10,940 nt of DNA from Amoeboradix gromovi X-113 (GCA_018985225.1 JADGIF010000324.1:1-10940); one strand, 5' to 3'. Shown: positions 1 through 8,507, counted from the stretch's first letter. Translations and numbers: made by a program. Notes: generated by a model from the sequence alone, not told the origin.

Positions 1-37
1 GACAAAGTAATTTCGCCTATTGCCTAGGTGAAGAAAT

Positions 38-124
38 ATGGGACACTACTGTGAAAACTTCAACTGGGTAAATCTCGTCACCCGCTTTTTACCCCTAGTC
101 TAGTTTTTACAGAGTGTGTCCCAT
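38..124. repeat. Imperfect inverted repeat / fold-back (~35-nt arms, short spacer)
   Basis: Arm 1 ATGGGACACTACTGTGAAAACT (38-59) vs reverse complement of 102-124, ATGGGACACACTCTGTAAAAACT; inner GGGTAAA (66-72) pairs with TTTACCC (88-94). Confidence 0.7.
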
Positions 125-887
125 GGTGTATTCAGAAGAACTCAATAAATTTTTAGTTTCATGAAATTTAGCCTTTTTTGCAAATATAATTATACTCACG
201 GCTTTGTAAAACAAAACGTGCCTTCATTATAAGAACTTTACAGTGGTAAAAGGAATGACAAGATGAAAAGGCCCTCTGCGTATTCCAAAAACAATATCAA
301 GTGTGTTCAGAAACTCATTAAAGTTCTGTAAGACCACGCTGACGCTTAGATTATCATAGTACTACCAAACTAATCACAAGGACGAACCTATCCACAAGTG
401 CTAGCTTGAATCATCTCAAATACTTCAACTAAGAGTCTCTCAACTAGTTATATCTGGACGCTATCCTAGAAAACTTAATATTACTAAGCTGGAAATACGT
501 AACACAGAGGCCAGGAAAAGGATTTTCTGAGATATCTCAAATAGAGTAAAAGGGTATGGAACACTGATGCATAGACACATACTATTAACAAACACATTGG
601 CTGCAGATAGGAATTACTGTGACAAAGAAAGGATTTGGAAACAATTGATTGCTATGAGCAAACGGAAAAGGCAATTGCAGTATCGAGAGCGATAAGGTTG
701 TACATTCTTAGTACAACACATTAGCCATAGACAATTCTGGGTTTAAAATGAAAGAATAATTGAACATTAACATGGAATTGTAGCCTTGGCCGTGGATGAT
801 GAATATGGGATATTTTATACTTAAAATCTCCATCTTATTGAGATATTTGTCTTAAAAAGCTTATCAAGTTTGTAGAATTTATCCCAC

Positions 888-2183
888 ATGTTTTTCCCTT
901 GTGTATTAGCACTCTCTGGATATTTTTTGCATTTGACAGATATTCATATCGACCCGCACTATCTGCCTGGATCTTCCTTAGATTCTAATTGTCATCGATA
1001 TAATGGTGGTTTACGCGCTGGTATATGGGGCTCTGCTAATAGTGACTGCGATACTCCATCACATTTAGTAGAATATATATTCGAAAGTGTTCGTGAAATG
1101 TATGAAAATGAGGAAAACGATCAGCCCGACTTTATTGTTATCACCGGAGATCAAGCTCGGCATTCTAGCACAATTATACCAAGATTTGGTCCGGAGGTAA
1201 GACTTTTAAACGAAATGGTCACAAACAACTTAAAACTGCACATTCCTTTTGAAGTTCCAATAGTTCCTGTGGTTGGTAATAATGATGTTCATCCTCATAA
1301 TGAAGTGCTGCCAAATGATTTTTCGCTGGTTAGTTTGGCCAAGATCTGGAAAGATTTTATTCCTGAAAATCAAATGACTATATTCAAGGAATTGGGCAGC
1401 TATTATAAGCTAGTATCTGAAGAGAATGGTAGCAAGCTATATGTGATATCACTAAACACTTTGTATTTCTTTCAAAAAAATACTCAAATTAGTGGTTGTC
1501 AGCTGGGATCTCCAGGCTATAACCTTTTAAAATGGCTCGGTAAGACTTTAAAAGAATTGGTAACCCATAAAGTATTGATTGCTGGCCATATTCCTCCCGA
1601 ACACAAGTCTTATTTTAGTGACTGCTTATCTGATTATACAGTGCTTATTGAGCAGCACCAAGACACCATTGTAGGCGGAATATATGGTCACGTTAATATG
1701 GATAATTTCTTCTTTTTAAGTAGCCAAAATCCGAATGTCACACCTGGCTTCTTTGGAGATGAAAAAGACGAGTATTTTAACATTCTTCTAGATAGTTACA
1801 ATGAAGCTTTAAAATATGGAAACCTAACTCATGCTCCCATGGTTAGTCCCGCTATTCAACCGACTGCATTTCCATCATACAGAATTTTTAAGTATCATTT
1901 GGACGAGATTGAGACAACCGTAAATAGTTTCAATCAGTACGAGTTGGGGTCATACTCATTTGGTGAATTGTTGAAGTATAAGCAGTACTTCGTTAATCTA
2001 AATAAAGTTAAAAACAAAGGAGTTGATGGTATTGTTATTGAGAAAGAATATAGTACAGACTCAGATTTAGGAATGAAAGATTTGAGTGTGTATAGCTGGT
2101 TGGATTACGCGCGAAAGATTGTGAACAACAAGGATGTAGCGGAGGAATTTAGAAAGCACATGTTTGTATCTTCAAAGCGATAA
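888..2183 (+). CDS. PPN1: Endopolyphosphatase (Ppn1-like calcineurin-like metallophosphoesterase), 431 aa
   Basis: Ppn1/ASMase-type motifs FLHLTDIHIDPHY, DCDTP, TGDQARH, GNNDVHPHN, AGHIPP, GHVNMDNF, SPAIQPTAFPSYRIFKY; short hydrophobic N-terminus; uninterrupted ORF; AATAAA at 2199-2204. Confidence 0.9.
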   Translation: MFFPCVLALSGYFLHLTDIHIDPHYLPGSSLDSNCHRYNGGLRAGIWGSANSDCDTPSHLVEYIFESVREMYENEENDQPDFIVITGDQARHSSTIIPRFGPEVRLLNEMVTNNLKLHIPFEVPIVPVVGNNDVHPHNEVLPNDFSLVSLAKIWKDFIPENQMTIFKELGSYYKLVSEENGSKLYVISLNTLYFFQKNTQISGCQLGSPGYNLLKWLGKTLKELVTHKVLIAGHIPPEHKSYFSDCLSDYTVLIEQHQDTIVGGIYGHVNMDNFFFLSSQNPNVTPGFFGDEKDEYFNILLDSYNEALKYGNLTHAPMVSPAIQPTAFPSYRIFKYHLDEIETTVNSFNQYELGSYSFGELLKYKQYFVNLNKVKNKGVDGIVIEKEYSTDSDLGMKDLSVYSWLDYARKIVNNKDVAEEFRKHMFVSSKR

Positions 2184-2195
2184 TTATGGTTGAAA

Positions 2196-2718
2196 TTGAA
2201 TAAATCATTTGCTATAATTGCAAAAGCTCTACCATTCCCATAGCCTTTCTTTCTAGAGTTCTTTAATTGAATATACGTTCGATTTTCGTTTAGCTCGTCT
2301 GTTACAAGTGTCACTGCAGACATAAAATTATGATTAAAAAGTGGTTCTTAATAGGTTCCGAATACTCTCTTTTGTAACTATTATCCAACGTCTGTTAGCG
2401 CCAGTAAAGAGATCCTTTCACTGTTTACAAGAAATTCAGTAGTCGTAGATGATCTCTATCAAGTTGGCTTTGAGATATTTGAGCAAATCTGCTATCACTT
2501 GTATAATATAATCTCGGGTTCAAATCAACAAGGTCAAGAGCACTCTGAAGAGCTCAAGAATATGCTTATCGTCGCTAGAACTCATTCTAGTACCTTGTCA
2601 CATGGACAAAAAAGCCTTTAATTGATCAAGAGAGAAAGACAGTTAGCAGCTGAATGATAGAATGACTCTTTCAGACATCAGAGTACACTCGTGTGTCGTA
2701 TTATGTCAATTTTTAACG
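2196..2718 (+). mobile_element. Possible highly decayed non-autonomous element (copy D) with the end motifs of the TnpB/Fanzor-derived family
   Basis: TTGAATAAATCATTT at 2196-2210 is an exact 15-nt match to the left end of copy A (2759-2773); TTTTTAACG at 2710-2718 matches the shared right-end motif. No recognisable RuvC motif inside. Confidence 0.35.
2355..2621 (+). other. 88-codon open frame lacking an N-terminal start codon (exon or pseudogene fragment, product unknown)
   Basis: Reads VPNTLFCNYYPTSVSASKEILSLFTRNSVVVDDLYQVGFEIFEQICYHLYNIISGSNQQGQEHSEELKNMLIVARTHSSTLSHGQKSL*, immediately after TTCTTAATAG. Confidence 0.25.
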
Positions 2719-2853
2719 GCTTTGAAAAGAGACCAAGGCAAAGCAGCTCGATTATTTCTTGAATAAATCATTTATCGCGAATTTGTATGCATTTCTATAT
2801 AATATCAAGACTTCTCCAATAGCTTAAATACTCGATATTCTTCCTTTTCGCAA

Positions 2854-3230
2854 ATGGTAAATGGAAATGGATGTAATCCCGAATATCTCAAATCTAAAAA
2901 ATAACTAAGAGGTACAGCATACATTCGTCTCAGACTGATAAGCTGGTCCAAACATGAAAGAATTAGATGTCTTTCAACCCCAGGAAGCGATTTCTGTACA
3001 AGTTATTCAAGGAACGCTTGAAGTTCAAGTGTAAACAAAGAGGAAAGACGATGGTTGAGCGCAATGAAGCACTTACTAGTAAGACATGTACAAGGGGTGG
3101 TACTCTAAAGAAAACCAAGTTAGAAACTTACACCTGTACAAAGTGTCATTTGAAGATAGATAGAGATCATACGGCAGCAAGGACATACACATCGAGTATC
3201 TGCATCCTTATTCAATCCCGCTTAGGGTAG
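2854..3230 (+). pseudogene. tnpB: Internally deleted TnpB/Fanzor2-like nuclease remnant
   Basis: FKERLKFKCKQRG..NEALTSKTC (RuvC-II Glu at 3066), zinc finger CTRG/CTKC (one Cys lost), KIDRDHTAAR (RuvC-III Asp at 3165), then a frameshift relative to the AARNIY of copy B. N-terminal stub MVNGNGCNPEYLKSKK* from ATG 2854. Confidence 0.85.
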
Positions 3231-3323
3231 TGCAAGAGTGACCAGTCACTGCAACGGAGCATCTAGCACTGCTGGATTCTCTGTGGAAATTCTCGATTTT
3301 CTCGGAAATCAGGACTTTTAACG
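3201..3323 (+). ncRNA. Putative omega RNA scaffold of copy A (5' limit uncertain; guide would follow ~3323)
   Basis: Stem GGTAGTGC (3226-33)/GCACTGCT (3266-73) encloses hairpin GTGA-CCAG-TCAC; terminal hairpin 3285-3319, then AACG. Position at the 3' end of a TnpB-like ORF matches known OMEGA architecture. Confidence 0.55.
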
Positions 3324-3402
3324 AGTAGAAACTAATACTTATGACAAATTTAAAAGCAAAATAACAATGGTTATGATAACCTAAAGAGATGATTTTATTG
3401 AA

Positions 3403-3849
3403 TCAATTAATCAGTTGTGCAAATTTTAGTCCTGACATTATCGCCATAACGAACATGCCAATGTGCCCAATAGCACTTACTCCGGCTCCGTATCGTCGCC
3501 CATCTGGCCCATGAGTTCTATACCCAGACGCATAAAGCTGTCTACCAAAGATAGTACATAATCCAAGTGTGGCAGAATATACTGGATAGTATATGCCACC
3601 AATCAAGCACCATGTAATAAGCATAGGCAAGGCTTCTAAATAATTGTGATGAGCTCTCTGCGCACAATTAAACTTGAACCATTGGTCGTCGCTCAAATTC
3701 ACGCTGTATCTACCGTTTCCATTATCTGGATATTTAATTCCATACTTCTTTCTTAACTTACCAACAGCAAATCCTTGAGTATAGCAATGCATTCCTAAAG
3801 ATGCAGCAGCCACTAATGCATAGCCGTATTCACTAGTAAGTGTGGTCAT
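3403..3849 (-). CDS. MGST3: MAPEG family microsomal glutathione S-transferase 3-like protein, 148 aa
   Basis: EYGY N-terminus, RKKYGIKYP, FNCAQRAHHNYLE signature, GRQLYASGY..GPDGRRYG and four hydrophobic helices. Start moved from the track's TTG (3861) to ATG 3849. Confidence 0.92.
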   Translation of the reverse strand: MTTLTSEYGYALVAAASLGMHCYTQGFAVGKLRKKYGIKYPDNGNGRYSVNLSDDQWFKFNCAQRAHHNYLEALPMLITWCLIGGIYYPVYSATLGLCTIFGRQLYASGYRTHGPDGRRYGAGVSAIGHIGMFVMAIMSGLKFAQLIN

Positions 3850-4000
3850 TTCGTGGAGCAAAAGGTTCGTGATAATCGTTTTATATTCGTCATAGATGCA
3901 CTAGAACCTTCGGCAACGTTCGTTCATTACACTTGACGGTGTCTTTAAAGAGGACCAATGTTGCTCAATTTAAATTGTTTATTAAGAATCTAACGTTACT

Positions 4001-4333
4001 CTATTTCTTACGGTTAGCTATTAAAAACTGATTGTAGATTGATGTAAGTTCAAAGTTAACTGCATGCAAATATATAAGCTTGGTGGTAACTTTCTTCGTT
4101 TCTTCAAGTAGTTCTAGAAAGTCTTGAATCAGTTCAGGATCAACGCCATCTGTATTAATTTCAACATCAGGCATTTCAAATAATTCATCAACCTGTTCGA
4201 CATTAAAATCAATTTTGTCGCTATTAATATGTTGAAATGGAGCAAGTATTTTCTCGTACTTGTTGTAAAACTCTACAAGTTCTGGTATTAGTGGATCCCT
4301 AATAATTCTTTCGATACTTGCACATCGTTCCAT
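4001..4333 (-). CDS. Hypothetical acidic helical protein (~110 aa)
   Basis: Protein-like composition and fills the gap between two genes. First ATG at 4333 (track start 4360 is TTG). No family motif recognised. Confidence 0.5.
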   Translation of the reverse strand: MERCASIERIIRDPLIPELVEFYNKYEKILAPFQHINSDKIDFNVEQVDELFEMPDVEINTDGVDPELIQDFLELLEETKKVTTKLIYLHAVNFELTSIYNQFLIANRKK

Positions 4334-4455
4334 GCGGGAGGTTTCACTGCAGTTTTTCAATACTAGCGGACTTATTAGCTTTCTTCACACAAATCGTTTT
4401 CGCACTACTGTTTCCTTCTTTCCCACATTATTTTCAGCATTTATTTTACCCCTTC

Positions 4456-5199
4456 ATGCATCTTGCCTGTCTCTTTGTCGCCGTAAAGGCAATTGATATG
4501 ACTATAACAGATAGAGTTTATTTTGATATAGAACAGGAGCATAAAAATCTGGGAAGAATTATCATTGGGCTTTACGGTAATGTAGTCCCTAAAACAAGTA
4601 AAAATTTCTTAGAATTGTGCAAGGGCGTCAAACTGCGCGGAAAGTTCTTAACTTACAAGGGCAGTAAGTTCCACAGAGTTATCCAAGAGTTTATGATTCA
4701 GGGTGGTGACTTTACAAAGGGAGATGGTACTGGAGGCGAATCAATTTATGGTAACAAATTTGACGATGAAAACTTTGATCTTAAGCACAGCACTGCAGGG
4801 CTACTTAGCATGGCTAATTCTGGTCGTAACACTAATGGTGCGCAATTTTTCATTACCACTGTTCCGACTCCCCATCTAGATGGTAAGCATGTTGTCTTTG
4901 GAAAGGTATTAGATGGTATGGACGTGGTGCGCGCAATTGAAAACACGAGAGTTTCCAAACTGAATGCTCCTATATTGGACGTTATAATTGCAGGTAGCGG
5001 AGAAATACTCGAGGAACCGGTAAAAGCTGGGAAGCTTGAAAACACAATGCTGGAAAAAGATGCAGATCAGTTGAAACTACCAAAAGACTATCAAAGCACA
5101 GAAAGAGAACAACAAAATGAAATGCCATATTACACCGTTTGGCTTGCGATATTAATTATAGTAGGAGCTGCCAATTTTATATATAGAGCACTTAGATGA
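4456..5199 (+). CDS. Cyclophilin-type peptidyl-prolyl isomerase (CypB-like) with signal peptide and C-terminal TM helix, 247 aa
   Basis: [88 protein letters not shown] 4456 gives signal-like [12 protein letters not shown] (track start 4318 is TTG). AATAAA at 5201-5206. Confidence 0.95.
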   Translation: MHLACLFVAVKAIDMTITDRVYFDIEQEHKNLGRIIIGLYGNVVPKTSKNFLELCKGVKLRGKFLTYKGSKFHRVIQEFMIQGGDFTKGDGTGGESIYGNKFDDENFDLKHSTAGLLSMANSGRNTNGAQFFITTVPTPHLDGKHVVFGKVLDGMDVVRAIENTRVSKLNAPILDVIIAGSGEILEEPVKAGKLENTMLEKDADQLKLPKDYQSTEREQQNEMPYYTVWLAILIIVGAANFIYRALR

Positions 5200-5534
5200 T
5201 AATAAATATTGCATACAATCATTTGGTATCCTAGGTTAGATTTTCATTCATAAAATCGACAACGAACTACTTTGGACAGACTTTGAAAAAATGACCCCAA
5301 CTTCAGGTCTAGAAAAGAACCACCCTGATCGCCTTGTAGTTATATACCGTTCAGGCTCTTTTGTTGCCAAGTTTCCTTCTCATACAAATTCAATAACTGC
5401 CTTCCGAATTTTCTGTTTTAGTTTCCGCGTTATTTTCTGATCAAGGACTTTGGTATAGTATTGATACTTGCAAAATCGTTTGCCATGTAAGATAACCCTG
5501 CTCTCCCTGATTGGTTAATACTAGGTGTCAGTTA

Positions 5535-5945
5535 TTGAATTATCATTTATCGAGAATTTTTGTGTATTTTTATATAGTTCCATGACTTTCCCAATACTTA
5601 ATGTACTCGATACTCTTCATTTTCGCAAATGGTAAATGGAATCAATGGATGTAATCTTGAATATGTCAAATCTAAAGATACTACATGTCTTTTAACCCGG
5701 CCCCAAAAGAGATCAACGACAAACAAACCTGTAAAACATTTATTTACTAGTTCGTATGTGATTGTTCTTACTACATGTACAACAATAGAGATCATATGGC
5801 AGCAAGGAATATATACAGGTATATGCATCCTTATTCAATCCCGCCTCCGTATAGTGAGAGCGTGAGCAATCACCTTAGCGGGTTTACCAGAATACTAGTT
5901 TCTCTGTGGAAATTCTCGATTTTCTCGGAAATCAGGACTTTAACG
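5535..5945 (+). mobile_element. Non-autonomous TnpB/Fanzor2-like element, copy B (more deleted)
   Basis: Homologous ends to copy A. Retains N-terminal stub MVNGINGCNLEYVKSKDT (ATG 5629), MSFNP (5685) and RuvC-III RDHMAARNIY (from 5787). Confidence 0.8.
5824..5945 (+). ncRNA. Putative omega RNA scaffold of copy B
   Basis: 5824-5844 identical to 3201-3221; hairpin GTGA-GCAA-TCAC (5862-73) has the same stem as copy A with a different loop; 5900-5948 identical to 3277-3326 except one T. Confidence 0.55.
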
Positions 5946-6157
5946 AGTCATCGAAAACAGTTTAATGTGCTTTATCAAGAATGCCTGAATTTCTCAAGTA
6001 ACAAATGACGTTCTTTGAGACTTCCTGGTTCATATAGTACTGAAAACCGTATATTTAGAGAGTCTAAGGTGTAAATTTTACTTAATTACAGAGTTTACTT
6101 TTTTTTATTCGGTATTTCGTTATTCACTACTCTATATATTGTTCCAGGTGGATCGTA

Positions 6158-7450
6158 CTAAATTAGCAAAATAATTACAACCTCAGGTTTAGAATTGAAC
6201 GCCCATTTCTTACCATGGCACCAAGATATCTCGACACCAAGTATTGCAAAATTAGCAATGAATGTAAGAATAACAATGACAAAACTATAAGGCTTGTCAA
6301 CTGCAAAGCAAAATAGCATACCGGCCACCGCTACAATTACCTCACCATACCAAGTTATAGGCCTCTTGAAAACGTTGAAAAAATGAATTAAAGATCTACT
6401 CAAAAGAGCCACTACAATAATAATTCTCTGAAGATACGGGTGATAAAGGAACGTATTCAAAGCAAGTACCGCCCACCACATATGGTTTATAAGATAAAAG
6501 TAAAAATAAGAAGGCTTTAGTTTGTAAAAAGCAGGACCATACCTGATAAACGGAATTGTACCAGGAAATATGACAGCTTTTATCCATTTAGCGCTAAAAA
6601 ATGAAAAGAAAAGTAAAATAAGAATGACAATTAGGCCCACAAAATTAAGAGTGAAGTGCTGCTGAAGACCTTGAACGAACCTGAAAACAAGAATGGGTGA
6701 CTGCCATTCTAGATAAAACGTCCATGCACCAATGGATGAGTCTTTTATTTTTTTGATATCTGGAGGTAGCAAATCTGGAAAAACTTTGTCTAAAAATAAA
6801 ATATACAGTGATATTACTCCCCACAGTAGCAGGTTAGCAACCCAAAATCCACCTACCATTATTAAACCCATCAAGGGTGCATATCCGGTTGTTATTCCGA
6901 AACACTCCCACTGCACAGCTAGTGGATCCAGCACAAAGGTTTGAAGAGCTGTCATCCAATACAAGTCGGTTTTGCTCAACGAAGACAGAGCAACAAACAG
7001 TTGCGCTGTCTTTACGACGTATACTAGTAGTGAGAAATGTGCAGCATATCCACTACCCATGAACGCGATCCACAGCACAGCTAGAAATGTTGAGTATGTA
7101 TACAAGGGTCCAAAAGGCATCAAACACTGCGCACATCCGTTACTAGTCCGATAAAACCCGATTGAGCAAGTTTTGCATGCATCGCCTATATAACCTGTTG
7201 GACAACTTGCTGCAGCTGAGTCAACGCACTTCTTGTTACCGTTTGTCGTATCGCACTGAACACATGTACCGTTTATCCTTGCAGACCATATATCACAGAC
7301 TTCAAATGATGCGATATCCTTTCCATCCGATGGAATTTCTTGGTTATATAACATATATTGATTCCCAATTCTAGGCGCCTGTAAGATCTGATTTGAGGAC
7401 ACATGAGTTATCCTAAGTGATGCTGATATTATTTGGAATAGAATCAACAT
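6158..7450 (-). CDS. Signal-peptide, Cys-rich (EGF/laminin-like) multi-pass membrane protein, receptor-like, 430 aa
   Basis: MLILFQIISAS leader; CPTGYIGDACKTCSIGFYRTSNGCAQC module; about eight hydrophobic segments downstream; uninterrupted ORF. Confidence 0.8.
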   Translation of the reverse strand: MLILFQIISASLRITHVSSNQILQAPRIGNQYMLYNQEIPSDGKDIASFEVCDIWSARINGTCVQCDTTNGNKKCVDSAAASCPTGYIGDACKTCSIGFYRTSNGCAQCLMPFGPLYTYSTFLAVLWIAFMGSGYAAHFSLLVYVVKTAQLFVALSSLSKTDLYWMTALQTFVLDPLAVQWECFGITTGYAPLMGLIMVGGFWVANLLLWGVISLYILFLDKVFPDLLPPDIKKIKDSSIGAWTFYLEWQSPILVFRFVQGLQQHFTLNFVGLIVILILLFFSFFSAKWIKAVIFPGTIPFIRYGPAFYKLKPSYFYFYLINHMWWAVLALNTFLYHPYLQRIIIVVALLSRSLIHFFNVFKRPITWYGEVIVAVAGMLFCFAVDKPYSFVIVILTFIANFAILGVEISWCHGKKWAFNSKPEVVIILLI

Positions 7451-7504
7451 TATGAAACGAAACGTCTATATGTTTGACTGGACTGGACAAAATCGCAGTT
7501 TTAG

Positions 7505-7830
7505 CAATACATTTGTACATACATGGCTAAAAATTGACATTCTTCAGAGCTCCACATCTTTTACAAGTTTGATTAGTAAATGCCTTTTTAGATTTACCTT
7601 GCCTTTTTTATCATTGGACGATAATCTCATTCATAGACCAATTTCTACAAATAAGAAAGTAAAATACCTATCGCTTAATGGTATCTTCGGATTTGACATA
7701 TTCTAGCTGTGGTAATCTGGAACCATTTGCAATCAATGAAATGAACCACCATGGAATTTATATGCAGTGTAGGAAAGCGAGTAAGTTGGTGTGATGAGAC
7801 TCCAATAATCACGATAAATAGCTTATTCAA
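7505..7830 (-). mobile_element. 3'-truncated copy C of the TnpB/Fanzor2-like family (not in ORF track)
   Basis: Minus strand: TTGAATAAGCTATTTATCGTGA (7830-7809) matches the copy A left end at 18/22; GCAAATGGT start context; GAATATGTCAAATCCGAAGATAC (7703-7681) matches 5659-5681 at 21/23; peptide AFTNQTCKRCGALKN (7583-7539) vs copy A ALTSKTCTRGGTLKK. Confidence 0.72.
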
Positions 7831-8009
7831 TCGTAATGGAGAGGCATCAAAAGCCATCAAATTAAGAATTTGGTTCTTGTCTAAATTTAAAATAGTCCGA
7901 TATTTATAGCGAAGCACTGTATAATTTCTGGAAGTGCTACTTGAGTGGGAGCGATAATTTCTAAGATTTGTACTTATATCTATGAAGTTATTGGTTGCAA
8001 TCAACAATT

Positions 8010-8507
8010 TTATTGAAAAAATACTAAAAAAATCGCCCAAACTACAGTGTTTATGCTTGCAATGCTATATACTTTCGGAGGTGGCACATAGGTGTAGTTT
8101 CCTCTAATAGAAGTGGTAGTTTGTATCGGAAGTGTCTTGCCATTGTTATCTATCGGTGGGTCCACTCCAACCACTGTGAACTGTGGACTCAGAATGCAAT
8201 CTGAAGGATTTGCTGAGTCGCATAGTTGAATTTTGTATGTTCCAGATGCCCAGTCCATCGGCAAGTTATAAATCCATCTTGCTGCCCAACTAGGATTTAC
8301 GCTTGTTATTTGTCTGTATATTTGACTGTTACTTGAGTGTAAACAAAATATGTTTAAATTTTTAGGATATCCCGTTGGCAATGTTACTGGCGTGTTTCCT
8401 GCCAACCACTCTATTTTTATTTCTGTTCCTATATACCATATGTCACCTTGCAGTGGAGCATTGAATGTTCCAGCGAATCCAAAACAAATTGAGAATATCA
8501 AAAACAT
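8010..8507 (-). CDS. Secreted Kre9/Knh1-N-like Ig-fold, probably GPI-anchored surface protein, 165 aa
   Basis: Signal peptide, P..GD.W..G....IEW and W.Y.LP.D..SGTY.IQL....SPQFTV pattern, Thr/Pro-rich linker, hydrophobic C-terminus. Clear paralog of 10326-10862. Confidence 0.8.
   Translation of the reverse strand: MFLIFSICFGFAGTFNAPLQGDIWYIGTEIKIEWLAGNTPVTLPTGYPKNLNIFCLHSSNSQIYRQITSVNPSWAARWIYNLPMDWASGTYKIQLCDSANPSDCILSPQFTVVGVDPPIDNNGKTLPIQTTTSIRGNYTYVPPPKVYSIASINTVVWAIFLVFFQ

Larger units (their letters stand above)
2759..3323 (+). mobile_element. Non-autonomous TnpB/Fanzor2-like element, copy A
   Basis: Both ends align with 5535-5945: left block 2759-2900 vs 5535-5680, right block 3160-3326 vs 5786-5948. 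Similarity drops outside TTGAAT... and ...TTTAACGAGT. Contains TnpB C-terminal motifs. Confidence 0.8.

Noticed and set aside
44-116. CACTA-type transposon termini inside the fold-back
   Set aside because: The right arm reads CACTC, the palindrome extends beyond these positions and there is no target-site duplication.
490-823. Purine-rich, coding-like stretch including HGIVALAVDDEYG (vaguely RuvC-II-like)
   Set aside because: Multiple stops in all frames and no following TS..C..C zinc finger; cannot be assigned to a family.
2105-2323. 72-aa minus-strand ORF
   Set aside because: Overlaps the PPN1 3' end antisense; no motif.
4746-5045. 99-aa minus-strand ORF
   Set aside because: Antisense shadow of the cyclophilin gene.
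5598-6008. ORFs 5598-5828, 5629-5865 and 5775-6008 as genes
   Set aside because: Fragments or shadows of element copy B; only short stubs are TnpB-like.
6396-7374. Five short ORFs within the membrane-protein gene
   Set aside because: Alternative-frame or antisense shadows of the 430-aa CDS.
7452-8040. ORFs 7452-7706 (+) and 7675-8040 (-)
   Set aside because: No protein motifs; the region is better explained by decayed element copy C.
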